Positions 1 through 9,329 of a stretch of 64,000 nt of DNA are shown one piece after another (within the stretch, counting starts at the first letter, position 1; each line of letters begins with the position of its first letter). The notes beneath the pieces are model-generated. The model saw only the letters and a list, made by a program, of their open reading frames with translations. It did no database searches and was not told the DNA's origin. The DNA comes from an uncultured Gemmatimonadales bacterium (lineage in GTDB: Bacteria; Gemmatimonadota; Gemmatimonadetes; Longimicrobiales; RSA9): the NCBI GenBank assembly GCA_963708135.1, contig OY970192.1, positions 2,176,001 through 2,240,000 on the forward strand. Reading direction: 5' to 3'. The translations under genes and the position numbers were made by a program.

Positions 1-201
1 TTGCTGTGGACGAGGGCACGGCACGCGGGGGGACCGCGCGCTGGATATGCCTGTGGCTCGTGAGGAATCGCACTACGGTAAGGCGTTCGGGCGCGTCACG
101 CCAGAGCGGCGGAGGCGGCGGGCACTGGACCTGAACTTGCGCTTGCGGAGGCAGTGGCGCGGGCGGGTCGCGCCGGGAAGGGACCGAACCGGAGAGAGGG
201 T

Positions 202-1464
202 ATGAGGGAATCCCACGTGCCACGCACGGAGGCAGCGGGCCGGCCGGCCGATCCGCGCGCGGCGCAATGCCTCGCGCGCCGGCTGCGGGACGCGCGGGCG
301 AGCCTGACGTACCGCTGGCTGGAGCGCATCGCGGAGCGCGTATCCGTTGAGCGGGACGAGGTGTTTCCGAGCGAGGCGCTGCTGAACCACGTGCCGCTGC
401 TGATCGAGGCGATCGCGGGCGCGCTGGAGCAGGGCGGCGAGGGGGGCACGGCCGAGCAGGCGGTGCTGTCGAAGGCGGCGGAGCTCGGGGAGACGCGCTA
501 CCGACAGGGGTTCAGCCCGTACCAGGTGCTGAAGGAGTTCGAGGTGCTGGGCGGGATCCTGCTCTCGTACCTGACGGAGATCGCGCCGGACGCGGTGCCG
601 GATGCGACGCCGCGCGACACGTTCCTCGTCGCGCACCGGATGCACCGGGCGCTGTCCGCGATCCAGCAGGCGACGGCGGCGAAGCACCTCTCGCTCGGCG
701 CCCTGCGCGTGCACGCGCGGGAGCAGCGGCTGCGGAGCCTGCACACGCACGTGGAGCGGCACGTGAAGGCGCGCCTGGACCGGAGTCTCGAGCTGGCGCG
801 GGAGGCGGCCGCGGACGTCGCGGCGCCGGATCCCGCGGTGGCGAAGCGGTGGCGGGACCGCGCGCGCGAGCTGGCGGGGAGCCTGGAGGTCCTGCGGGCG
901 CAGATCGATTCTGTGCTGGCGCTCTCGGCGGTGGGGGAGAGCGCACGGCAGCAGCAGAACGTGCCGCTGGCGGCGGCGGTGGCGGAGGCCGTGCGGCAGG
1001 TGCGGGAGGGTGCGGACGGGCGCGGCATCACGCTCGAGGTGCTCGATCCGGTGCCGGACGTGGAGGTGAACGCGGCGGCGGTCGAGCTCGGCCTTCTGAG
1101 CTACCTGAACGCGGCGATCCGCTACGCGTCCGCCCCGCGCGGCGAGGCGTGGGTCCGGGTCCACGCGGCTGTCGTGCCGACGCGAGAGGGCGGAGATCAC
1201 GAGCTGGTGGTCGAGGTCCACGACAGCGGTCGCGCGGTGCCGGAGGACGCGACCAGCGAGCTTCTGGACCGCTACCTGAAGCCGTTCGGCGAGCCGGAGG
1301 AGCGGGCCGCGTCCGGGCTCGGCCTGAGCTTCGTGCGCGACATCGTCGAGGCGCTCGGAGGGCGCGCGTGGGCCAGGCAGGGGGAGAGGCCGGCGGATGC
1401 GGTCTTCGCCTTTGCCCTTCCCTGCCGGCGCGCCGAAGATGCGCGGGCGCCGGCCGGCGGCTGA
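202..1464 (+). CDS. Histidine kinase-like protein (N-terminal RsbRD-like helical sensor plus HATPase_c); catalytic boxes look degenerate
   Basis: ATG at 202 follows a GGAGAGAGGG RBS. The C-terminal ATPase fold shows ELGLLSYLNAAIRYA (N box), VHDSGRAV (G1) and SGLGLSFVRDIVEALGGRAW (G2). The N-terminal LTYRWLERI...HVPLLIEAIA...LGETRYRQGF segment resembles the RsbRD-N type. Confidence 0.8.
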   Translation: MRESHVPRTEAAGRPADPRAAQCLARRLRDARASLTYRWLERIAERVSVERDEVFPSEALLNHVPLLIEAIAGALEQGGEGGTAEQAVLSKAAELGETRYRQGFSPYQVLKEFEVLGGILLSYLTEIAPDAVPDATPRDTFLVAHRMHRALSAIQQATAAKHLSLGALRVHAREQRLRSLHTHVERHVKARLDRSLELAREAAADVAAPDPAVAKRWRDRARELAGSLEVLRAQIDSVLALSAVGESARQQQNVPLAAAVAEAVRQVREGADGRGITLEVLDPVPDVEVNAAAVELGLLSYLNAAIRYASAPRGEAWVRVHAAVVPTREGGDHELVVEVHDSGRAVPEDATSELLDRYLKPFGEPEERAASGLGLSFVRDIVEALGGRAWARQGERPADAVFAFALPCRRAEDARAPAGG

Positions 1465-1576
1465 GCCGGCGAGGAAGCGGCCGCACTGGTGCGGGAGCTC
1501 GGGCCGCGTGTAGGTTTCCGCCTCGCCAGGAGGACCGCCCTGCGGCCCGCTTCCGATGCCCCGAACCGCCACCGCG

Positions 1577-2263
1577 ATGCCGCCGACGGAACCCACGCAG
1601 CCGCACGCCCCCGGGCCGCGGACGACCGTGGCGCCGACCCCGGCGCACGGCCGTGCCACCTCCTGGATCCGCTTTCTCCTCATCGCCGGCGCGGCGCTCG
1701 CGTTCGCGCACCTGCTCGACCGGGCCGCCTACACGCTGCTCTACGACCCGCACGTATACGACCACGACTGGGGCCGGATGCTGCGGAGCCTGGGCTTCCT
1801 GCCGGTGTGGCTGATCGGCGCCCTGGCGCTGGCGCTGGCCGGCCCGGCCGAGCCGGGCCCGGCGCGGGATGCCGCGCGATGGCGGGGCCTGCTGCTCGTC
1901 CTCGGCCCGACGCTGGCGGGGATCGCAGGGGAGCTGCTGAAGCTGGTGATCCGGCGGGAGCGGCCGTGGGCGGCGCACGGCGCCTACGTCTTCCGGCCCT
2001 GGTCGGTCCGGCCTCTGTCGAGTGCCGGCCTCTCCATGCCGAGCAGCCACGCGACCGTGGCCTTCGGCGCGGCCTTCGTGCTGGCGCGCCTGTACCCGCG
2101 GACGGCGTTCGTCTGGTTCGCGCTCGCGGCGGGATGCTCGCTCACGCGGGTGGCGGCGCGGGCGCACTTCCTCAGTGATGTCACGCTGGGGGCGATCGTG
2201 GCGTGGGCGGTGGTGGCGGCGGTGTGGCGGGTGGCGAACGGCAGGGGGCAGGTTCAGGTGTAG
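1577..2263 (+). CDS. PAP2 family membrane phosphatase
   Basis: Motifs KLVIRRERP, SMPSSH and TRVAARAHFLSDV, plus several hydrophobic helices. Start could be 1556 or 1577. Confidence 0.9.
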   Translation: MPPTEPTQPHAPGPRTTVAPTPAHGRATSWIRFLLIAGAALAFAHLLDRAAYTLLYDPHVYDHDWGRMLRSLGFLPVWLIGALALALAGPAEPGPARDAARWRGLLLVLGPTLAGIAGELLKLVIRRERPWAAHGAYVFRPWSVRPLSSAGLSMPSSHATVAFGAAFVLARLYPRTAFVWFALAAGCSLTRVAARAHFLSDVTLGAIVAWAVVAAVWRVANGRGQVQV

Positions 2264-2299
2264 GGGCACGTTCAGGTGGACGGGCAGGTTCACGTGTGG
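2246..2299. repeat. Three imperfect 18-bp tandem units (GGGCAGGTTCAGGTGTAG-like), followed by a (GGGGCA)n run near 2325-2342
   Basis: Units read directly at 2246-2263, 2264-2281 and 2282-2299. Confidence 0.8.
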
Positions 2300-2533
2300 G
2301 GGTCGGGGGCAGAAGCGGAAGGCAGGGGCAGGGGCAGGGGCAGGTGGAGGGGGAGGTTCGAGGGGGGTGACGCGAAGTGTCCCGAGGCATGTCGCGGAGT
2401 GAGGGGTCACGGGCGGGGGCGGTGTCGGGGTTGTTGGCGGTAACGTAGAGCAGTTCCAGACGTTACGGCGATCCGGGCGTTCCGGTCCCGATGCTGCATG
2501 GGGAGGGCGGCGAACCGTTGCGGGAGGGCAGGC

Positions 2534-3247
2534 ATGGTCCCGTTCAGCCGGGATGCGTTCTTCCTGGTGTTCAGCCGCTACAACGCCGCGGTCTGGCCGG
2601 CGCAGCTGGTGCTGCTCGTGGCGGCGGTGGCGGCGGTCTGGATCGCGGCGCTGCAGCCCGGGCCGCGGGGGAGCCGCGCGGTCTGGCGCGTGCTGGGTGT
2701 GCTCTGGCTGTGGGCGGGGGTGGTCTACCACCTCACGTTCTTCACGTCGGTGAACCCGGCGGCCTGGCTCTTCGGGGCGCTGTTCGTGATCCAGGGACTG
2801 CTCTTTCTGCGACGGGGGATCGCGTCAGGGCGGCCGGCCGGCTTCCGCGTCCCGGGAGGGCTGTACGGCTGGGGTGGCGCCGTGCTGGCGGCATACGCGC
2901 TCGCCCTCTATCCGCTCCTGATCCGGCTGGCCGGGCACACCTACCCCGCGGCCCCCACCTTCGGGGTTCCCTGCCCGGTCGTGATCTACACCTTCGCGCT
3001 CCTGCTCTGGGCTGAGCCGCCCGTGCCGCTGCACCTTCTGGCGATCCCGCTCCTCTGGGCGCTCATCGGAGCATCGGCCGCGGTCTCCCTGACCGTCTGG
3101 CCGGACGCGGGACTCACGATCGGCGGTCTCGCCGCGAGCGCGCTGGTGCTCCGGCGGAACCACCTCCTCCGCAGCTCCGAGGCAGCCTCGCCGACGCCGA
3201 CCCTCCCGGCCTCCCCGTCCGCCCCCGCACACCGGGGCCGGACGTGA
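2534..3247 (+). CDS. DUF6064-like membrane protein
   Basis: Starts MVPFSRDAFFLVFSRYNAAVWPAQL and contains PTFGVPCPVVIYTF; multi-TM; GGGAGGG RBS upstream. Confidence 0.7.
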   Translation: MVPFSRDAFFLVFSRYNAAVWPAQLVLLVAAVAAVWIAALQPGPRGSRAVWRVLGVLWLWAGVVYHLTFFTSVNPAAWLFGALFVIQGLLFLRRGIASGRPAGFRVPGGLYGWGGAVLAAYALALYPLLIRLAGHTYPAAPTFGVPCPVVIYTFALLLWAEPPVPLHLLAIPLLWALIGASAAVSLTVWPDAGLTIGGLAASALVLRRNHLLRSSEAASPTPTLPASPSAPAHRGRT

Positions 3248-4086
3248 GCGTGCGCCGGCTGCTCTCGGTCGGCGTGCCGCTCCTCGCGGCCGGCGGCGCG
3301 GTGGGACTCCTGGCCGCGCGCGCCCGGCACGAAGCGGCGGCCAGCCGCCTGTGGCACGCCCTGGAGCAGCCGCCGGGCCCGGGCAGCTTCGACTCGGCGA
3401 TGGTGGAGGGGCTGCCCGAGCCGGCATGCCGCTACTTCCTGCACGCGCTCGGACCGGGGACGCCGCTCGCGCGCTCCGTCACGCTGCGGATGCACGGCGG
3501 GCTTCGGCTCCGCCCCGACGCGCCGCCGCTGGCAATGAGCGCGGACCAGATCCTGGCGCCGCCGCACGGCTTCGTCTGGCGCGCCCGGGTGGCCCGGGGG
3601 CCGCTCCGGATGAACGGGTTCGACCGCCATGGTTGGGGAGCAGGCGAGCTGCGCTGGTGGGCCTGGGGCCTCATCCCGGCGGTGCACGGCGCAGGCGAGG
3701 ACGTGTCCCGCTCGGCGGCGGGGCGCCTCGGGCTCGAGTCCGTCCTCCTGCCGCCAGCGCTGCTTCCCCACCGAGGGGTGGAATGGCGCGCGGTGGATGC
3801 CGTGCGTGCCGTCGCCAGGATCGTGATCGACGGCGGCGAGGCGGTGGAGGTGACGATCGAGGTGGCGGCGGACGGGCGACTGCTGCGCGCGAGCGGCCCG
3901 CGCTGGCGCGAGGATGCGGGCGACGGCGCACCGGGCTACGTGCCGTTCGCGGCCGAGTTCACGAGTGAGGAGAGGAGCTTCGGGGGCGTGACCATCCCGA
4001 CGCGGCTGCGCGCGGGGTGGCGGCTCGGCGAGCCGGGGGTGGAGCCGTTCTTCGAGGCGACGATCGACGACGCAACCTTCCGTTGA
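3244..4086 (+). CDS. DUF6544-like protein with N-terminal membrane anchor
   Basis: GTGA overlap with the previous gene. Contains the LPEPACRYF...GTP...V.LRMHG and G..IPT....GW patterns. Confidence 0.7.
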   Translation: MSVRRLLSVGVPLLAAGGAVGLLAARARHEAAASRLWHALEQPPGPGSFDSAMVEGLPEPACRYFLHALGPGTPLARSVTLRMHGGLRLRPDAPPLAMSADQILAPPHGFVWRARVARGPLRMNGFDRHGWGAGELRWWAWGLIPAVHGAGEDVSRSAAGRLGLESVLLPPALLPHRGVEWRAVDAVRAVARIVIDGGEAVEVTIEVAADGRLLRASGPRWREDAGDGAPGYVPFAAEFTSEERSFGGVTIPTRLRAGWRLGEPGVEPFFEATIDDATFR

Positions 4087-4140
4087 GCCGCGCCGCCGCG
4101 GCGCCTCTCCCCGTGCGCGCCACATCTCGGAATCACGACG

Positions 4141-6918
4141 TCAGCCGTCGGCCCGGAGGGCGGCCGCCGGATCGATGCGCGTTGCGCGCCGGGCGGGCAG
4201 CCACGAGGCCAGGAGCCCCACGGCCAGGATGACGGCCCCAATGGCCGCCCAGGTGTCCGGATCCGTGGGCGCGACACCGAAGAGAAAGGCCCGCAGCATC
4301 CCCCCGCCCGCCAACCCGGCGGCGATCCCGAGCGCCAGACCCAGCACGACCAGGCCGATCCCCTCGCCGAGCAAGGGCGCAAGCACACGCGTGGGGGTGG
4401 CGCCGAGCGCCATGCGCACGCCGATCTCGCGCCTCCGTCCGGCGACCGCGTGGGCCAGCACGCCGTAGAGGCCGAGCGCGGCAAGCAGCACGGCGACGGC
4501 CGCGAAGAAGGCGAGGAGCGCGGTGACGGAGCGCTCGGGCGCCGTCGCCTCCCGCACGACGCTCGCGAGGGTACGCGCATCGTAGACGGCGATGCGCGGA
4601 TCGAGCCCATGGACGGCGGCGCGGACGGCCGCGACGGTTGCGGCGGCCGGCGCGGCGGTGCGCACGAACAGGCGCAGCTGCGCATGGGGATCGACAGCCT
4701 CGAGCGGGTAGTACGCCGCCGGCGGAGCGGGCCGGGCGAGGCCGGCCTGCTTCACGTCGCCGACAACGCCGACCACGGGAGCCTCCGGCACGGCGCCGGT
4801 GTCGAGCCGATGCCCCACCGCGGTGCCGGGCGGGAAGAAGCGTCGGGCCGCGGCCTCGCCGACCACCACGGCCGGCGTGCCGCGGTCCGACGCCGCGAGC
4901 AGCCGCCCCGCGCGCAGCGACACGCCCATCACCCGAAAGTAGCCGGGTGTGACGAAGTGGAGCACGACGGGCGGCGCGGCGTGGCGGGGGACGCGCCGAC
5001 CATCCACGGTGACGGACCGGGAGAAGAGGCACTTCACGGGCTCGAGCGGCGCACAGGCGTCGAGCGCGGCACCACCCGCGCCGGGAAGCGCGGCGACCCG
5101 TACGGCGAGCTCGCGCGCCAGCAGCCCGGCGGCGGCAGGATCGGGGGCGGCTCGGGAAAGGTCGAGGCCGAAGGCGACGACGCCGTCGGCCCGCACGCCC
5201 ACGTCCTCCCGCAGCAACGCGGAGAACGACCGCGCCACGAGCCCCGCACCGGCCAGCAGCGCCGTGGCGAGGGCGACCTCGCCCACGATCAGCGCCCGCC
5301 GCACAGTCCGGCGGCCGGGGCCCGACGCGCCGGCGGCCGCGCCTCCTCCCTCGCGGAGGCGGGAGGCAGGATCGCCGCGCGTGCCGGCCAGCGTGGAGAC
5401 GCCGCCCAGGAGCAACGTGACCAGGAGCGTCACGCCGACCGTGAACGCGAGCACGCCGACATCCGGCGCGAGCGCCGCGTGGTGCACGACGTCCGTCCCG
5501 CGCAGAAGCACCATGCTCCAGGCCGGCGGCGGCCAGAGAGCCGCGAGCGCGCGCGTGGCCCAGGCGGCGAAGACCACGCCGAGCGCCGCCCCGGTGCCAG
5601 TGAGGACGAGCGTCTCGATCAGCGCCTGCCGGAAGAGCCGTGCACGCCCGGCACCGAGCGCCAGTCGGATCCCCGTCTCGGCCCGGCGCGAGACCGCCCG
5701 CGCGAGCAACAGCCCCGCCTGGTTCACACAGACGAGCAGCAGCAGCACCGCGACGGCGGCCGCGAGGAGCGAGAGCAGTGAGGCGAGCAGCGGCTGCACG
5801 CGGGCGGTGAGGAACGGCGCCACGCCGCCATTCCAGCGGGGCGGCGCGGGCGCCTCCGACGCCTTCTCGCCCGTCCCACCCGTCCCGGATGCGCCGGGCG
5901 CCGAAGCGCCGGTCGAGCGCGCGACGGCATCGACCTGCGCGGCCGCCTCCTCCCTCGTGGCGCCCGCGGCCAGCCGCACCACCACGTTGGGCCCCCCGAT
6001 CGCCAGCGGCTGGTCCAGCATCGGCGCGTACTGCGGGAAGAGGCGTCCGGCCTCGAACGGCAGCCAGACGTCCGCGTTGCCCTGCACGCCGTCGAATCCC
6101 TCGGCCGCCACCCCGACCACCGTGAACGGCACCCCGTCGAGGCGCACCGTCCGGCCGACCACGTCCGGCCGCGCGCCGTAGCGCGTGGCCCACAGCCGGT
6201 GCGAGAGAACGAGCACGGCGGAAGAGGCGTCCGCCGACGTGTCCGCGGGCCCGAGCACGCGCCCCGCCGCCGCGCCCACGCCGAGCACGCGGAAATAGCC
6301 CGGCGTCACGAGCTCGGGCCGGACGCCGTCGGCGGCGGCGTCGCCTTCCAGGACGCTCTCCTCGAAGAAGTCGAAGAACGCGCCGCCGTCCGAGAACGCC
6401 GGCAGCGCAAGCACCCGCCGCACCTCGGGATAGGACCACGGCACCGTGTCGGGCATTCCCGGCGCCATCGGCACGACCTGGTAGGGGACCACGAGGCGCG
6501 CGGCATCCGGATAGCGCGAGGAGAGCAGAATGGCGTGGACCAGCGTGAACACGGCGGCACTCGCCCCGATGCCGAGCGCCAGCGTCAGCACCGCGACCAG
6601 CGCGAAGCCGGGGCTCCGGCGGAGCGTCCGCACCGCGTGCCGCGCGTCCCGCGCCGCGTCCTCCAGCCAGCGGGTCCCGCGCGCGTCCCGCACCGCCTCC
6701 TTGTGCCGCTCGACCCCGCCGAACGCCACGAGCGCGCGGCGCCGGGCCTCCGCCGGCGAGAGTCCCTCCGTGCGAGCGAGCTCGGCCGCCTCCATCGCGA
6801 CGTGGAACCGCATCTCCTCGTCCATGCCGCGCTCCAGCGCCGCGCGCCGGAACAGCGCCTCCAGGCGACGGCGGAGGCGCCGCCGAGATCGCCCGATCCA
6901 ACCTCGCGCGGCGCTCAC
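4141..6918 (-). CDS. ADOP-type duplicated MacB-like ABC permease with N-terminal permease-prefix domain
   Basis: GTG at 6918 overlaps the padR stop. Motifs EEMRFH...EARRRAL..FGG, RSPGFALVAVLTLALGIGA, two FtsX-like halves (RRAETGIRLALGA and RREIGVRMALGA) and C-terminal PARRATRIDPAAALR. Confidence 0.9.
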   Translation of the reverse strand: MSAARGWIGRSRRRLRRRLEALFRRAALERGMDEEMRFHVAMEAAELARTEGLSPAEARRRALVAFGGVERHKEAVRDARGTRWLEDAARDARHAVRTLRRSPGFALVAVLTLALGIGASAAVFTLVHAILLSSRYPDAARLVVPYQVVPMAPGMPDTVPWSYPEVRRVLALPAFSDGGAFFDFFEESVLEGDAAADGVRPELVTPGYFRVLGVGAAAGRVLGPADTSADASSAVLVLSHRLWATRYGARPDVVGRTVRLDGVPFTVVGVAAEGFDGVQGNADVWLPFEAGRLFPQYAPMLDQPLAIGGPNVVVRLAAGATREEAAAQVDAVARSTGASAPGASGTGGTGEKASEAPAPPRWNGGVAPFLTARVQPLLASLLSLLAAAVAVLLLLVCVNQAGLLLARAVSRRAETGIRLALGAGRARLFRQALIETLVLTGTGAALGVVFAAWATRALAALWPPPAWSMVLLRGTDVVHHAALAPDVGVLAFTVGVTLLVTLLLGGVSTLAGTRGDPASRLREGGGAAAGASGPGRRTVRRALIVGEVALATALLAGAGLVARSFSALLREDVGVRADGVVAFGLDLSRAAPDPAAAGLLARELAVRVAALPGAGGAALDACAPLEPVKCLFSRSVTVDGRRVPRHAAPPVVLHFVTPGYFRVMGVSLRAGRLLAASDRGTPAVVVGEAAARRFFPPGTAVGHRLDTGAVPEAPVVGVVGDVKQAGLARPAPPAAYYPLEAVDPHAQLRLFVRTAAPAAATVAAVRAAVHGLDPRIAVYDARTLASVVREATAPERSVTALLAFFAAVAVLLAALGLYGVLAHAVAGRRREIGVRMALGATPTRVLAPLLGEGIGLVVLGLALGIAAGLAGGGMLRAFLFGVAPTDPDTWAAIGAVILAVGLLASWLPARRATRIDPAAALRADG

Positions 6919-7247
6919 GCCGTGGCGCCGAGGACCTGCTCCACCGCCGCCGAGAAGAGCCGCCACCCCGCGCGCTGCTCCTGGAACTGCCGCCGGCCCT
7001 CGGCGGTGAGGGTGTAGAACTTGGCGCGCCGGCCCTCCGGCGAGACGCCCCACTCGGACGTGATCCAGCCCCGGTCCTCCAGCCGGTACAGCGCGGGATA
7101 GAGCGAGCCCTGGTTGACCTGCAGCACCTCGTCCGAGAGCTGCCGGATGCGCCGCGAGAGCCCCCAGCCGTGGAGCGGCCCGAGCACGAGCGTCTTCAGG
7201 ATCAGCAGGTCGAGTGTGCCCTGCAGCAGGTCGGCGCGGTCCGCCAT
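6915..7247 (-). CDS. PadR family transcriptional regulator (acidobacterial type)
   Basis: LLQGTLDLLILKTL, HGWG, GSLYPALYRLE, RRAKFYTLT. Confidence 0.95.
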   Translation of the reverse strand: MADRADLLQGTLDLLILKTLVLGPLHGWGLSRRIRQLSDEVLQVNQGSLYPALYRLEDRGWITSEWGVSPEGRRAKFYTLTAEGRRQFQEQRAGWRLFSAAVEQVLGATA

Positions 7248-7313
7248 CGCGGCCTCCGGTCGTGGGGTGGCAGGCGCCGCACGGGCGGCGCACGGGGGAA
7301 GGATGGGGCGGGT

Positions 7314-7332
7314 TGTTGTCGGATGTCAAGGT
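7314..7332 (-). promoter_or_regulatory. Possible PadR operator or promoter element upstream of padR (CCTTGACATCCGACAAC)
   Basis: AT-richer quasi-palindrome TTGTCGGATGTCAAG about 65 bp upstream of padR; it includes TTGACA on the minus strand. Function is inferred. Confidence 0.4.
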
Positions 7333-7347
7333 ATGGGGCTTAACGGC

Positions 7348-7451
7348 GAGAGTGGGCGAGTGGGGGACCGGGCGACGATTGGGGGGGACGCCACGGCCTG
7401 GAGTGGGAGAGTGGGAGAGTGGGGGACCGGGCGACGATTGTGGGGGACGCC
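7348..7451. repeat. Two 45-bp direct repeats (2 mismatches, period 59)
   Basis: GAGAGTGGG(C/A)GAGTGGGGGACCGGGCGACGATTG(G/T)GGGGGACGCC at 7348-7392 and 7407-7451. Confidence 0.9.
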
Positions 7452-7495
7452 GGTCACCGGGCCAGGCCTGCTTCGCGGCGGTGCGGACCGCGGGG

Positions 7496-7531
7496 GTGAT
7501 CCTTCGTCGCGGCGTGATCCTTCGTCGCGGG
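7496..7531. repeat. 18-bp tandem duplication GTGATCCTTCGTCGCGG(C/G)
   Basis: Copies at 7496-7513 and 7514-7531. Confidence 0.9.
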
Positions 7532-7716
7532 GCACGGGGCGCGGCGCACGGGCACGGGGCAGGGGCAGGGCTTGCGCGTCCGCAGGCACCGGGCGCATCC
7601 GGGGGCGGCGCGTCGGGGCATCCGCGCGGATCGGGGCGGGCGTATATTGGCGGGACAACCCACCATGTTGATGGAGAACCGGAATGACCGCGAGAACGGA
7701 AGACGGACGGCGGGGC

Positions 7717-9207
7717 ATGGCGACTCTCGAGCTCATGGCGCTGATCGGAGTCGTGCTGCTCGCGGGGGCGCCGGGGGTGCACGCGCAGGCGAGGAAGACG
7801 GCACCGTCGACGCCGGCGGGGTTGGCGGGGGCGGTGGCGCGGGACTACCCCGCGTCGCCTTCGTACCCGGGGAATCCGGCGGTGGACCGGATCTTCGCGG
7901 CATGGGACAGCACGACGACGCCGGGGTGCGCGCTGGGGGTGGCGCGGGACGGGCGGTTCATCTACGAGCGCGGCTACGGGATGGCGAACCTGGACTACGA
8001 GATTCCGAACTCGCCACGCATGGTCTACTACATCGGCTCGGACTCGAAGCAGTTCACGGCGGCGAGCATCGCGCTGCTGTCGCTGCAGGGACGGGTGGGG
8101 CTCGGGGACGACATCCGCAAGTACGTGCCGGAGATGCCGGACTACGGGAAGCCGGTGACGGTCTCGGAGCTGGTGCACCACACGAGCGGCGTGCGGGACA
8201 TGTACGGGCTGATGGAACTGGCGGGGCTCCGGCTGGAGGACGTCTTCCCCGACTCGGCGGCGCTGGCGCTGGTGGCGCGGCAGAAGGAGCTGAACTTCGA
8301 GCCGAACACGGACTGGCTGTACAGCAACTCGGGATACTGGCTGCTGGCGCAGATCGTGGAGCGGGTGACGGGAGCATCGCTGCGGGTGTACGCGGACAGC
8401 GCGATCTTCCGCCCGCTCGGCATGGCGCACAGCCACTTCCACGACCGGCCGGGGCACATCATGCCGTGGCGGGCGATGAGCTACGAGGGGGACGGGCAGG
8501 GCGGCTACCGGATCAGCTACCTGCAGAACTTCGACAAGATCGGCGCGGGCGGGCTGTACTCGACGGTCGAGGACCTGCAGAAGTGGGACGAGAACTACTA
8601 CACGCACCGGGTGGGCGGGGACGCGCTGCAGCAGGTGATCCATCGCCGGGCGGTGCTGGACGATGGGGACACGCTGACGTACGCGTTCGGGAACGAGATC
8701 TCGACCTACCGCGGGCTGCCGATCGAGGAGCACGGCGGCGCGATGATGGGCTACAAGGCGCACATCCTCCGCTTCCCCGAGCAGCACTTCAGCGTGCTCG
8801 AGACGTGCAACCTGGGCTCGATCGATCCGGGCGCGCTGGCGCGGAAGGTGGCGGACGTCTACCTGGCCGGGGTGCTGGGCCCCGCGGAGCCGCCGCGGCG
8901 GCGGCCGGGGGCCAAGGAGTCGCCGAAGGCGACGTGGCAGCCCGACGCGGCCGCGCTGTCCGCCTTCGCGGGGGCGTATCACAGCGATGAGCTGGACGTG
9001 ACCTATCACATCGTCGCGCAGGATGGGGGGCTCCGGGTCGGCTGGCGCGCCACGCCGGCGCGCGCGCTCGAGCCGACCACGGAGGATACGTTCCGCGCGG
9101 GCCCGCTGGTTCTGCACTTCGAGCGGGACGCATCGGGGCGCCCGGCGGCGTTCACGGTGGAGGCGGGCCGGGTGAGGAATCTTCGGTTCCAGCGAATCGG
9201 CGGCTAG
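7717..9207 (+). CDS. Secreted serine hydrolase (class C beta-lactamase / D-aminopeptidase-like) with C-terminal extension
   Basis: Signal peptide ending VHA-Q; SxxK (SDSK), YSN and HGG motifs. Start could be 7684 or 7717. Confidence 0.9.
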   Translation: MATLELMALIGVVLLAGAPGVHAQARKTAPSTPAGLAGAVARDYPASPSYPGNPAVDRIFAAWDSTTTPGCALGVARDGRFIYERGYGMANLDYEIPNSPRMVYYIGSDSKQFTAASIALLSLQGRVGLGDDIRKYVPEMPDYGKPVTVSELVHHTSGVRDMYGLMELAGLRLEDVFPDSAALALVARQKELNFEPNTDWLYSNSGYWLLAQIVERVTGASLRVYADSAIFRPLGMAHSHFHDRPGHIMPWRAMSYEGDGQGGYRISYLQNFDKIGAGGLYSTVEDLQKWDENYYTHRVGGDALQQVIHRRAVLDDGDTLTYAFGNEISTYRGLPIEEHGGAMMGYKAHILRFPEQHFSVLETCNLGSIDPGALARKVADVYLAGVLGPAEPPRRRPGAKESPKATWQPDAAALSAFAGAYHSDELDVTYHIVAQDGGLRVGWRATPARALEPTTEDTFRAGPLVLHFERDASGRPAAFTVEAGRVRNLRFQRIGG

Positions 9208-9329
9208 CGAGCGCGTCACGCGGGCTCGTAGGCGTTCATGAGGAGCGGCGAAACGGGGGGCCGACTGCAACCGTAGGGGTTCGGGCCCTGTCCAAGCAGG
9301 TGACGACCCCCATTTCCGGAACGCTTGTC

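Noticed and set aside
1..60. DnaA-box-like TGTGG words at the window start
   Set aside because: At least two mismatches to TGTGGATAA and no clustering; consistent with chance.
7717..9207. True beta-lactam resistance gene
   Set aside because: SxxK, YxN and HGG with a C-terminal extension fit the broad peptidase/esterase-like family. Resistance cannot be inferred.
4141..9270. 1709-aa ORF as a giant permease fusion
   Set aside because: The part above 6918 overlaps padR in another frame and is antisense to the serine hydrolase. It is stop-poor GC-rich read-through.
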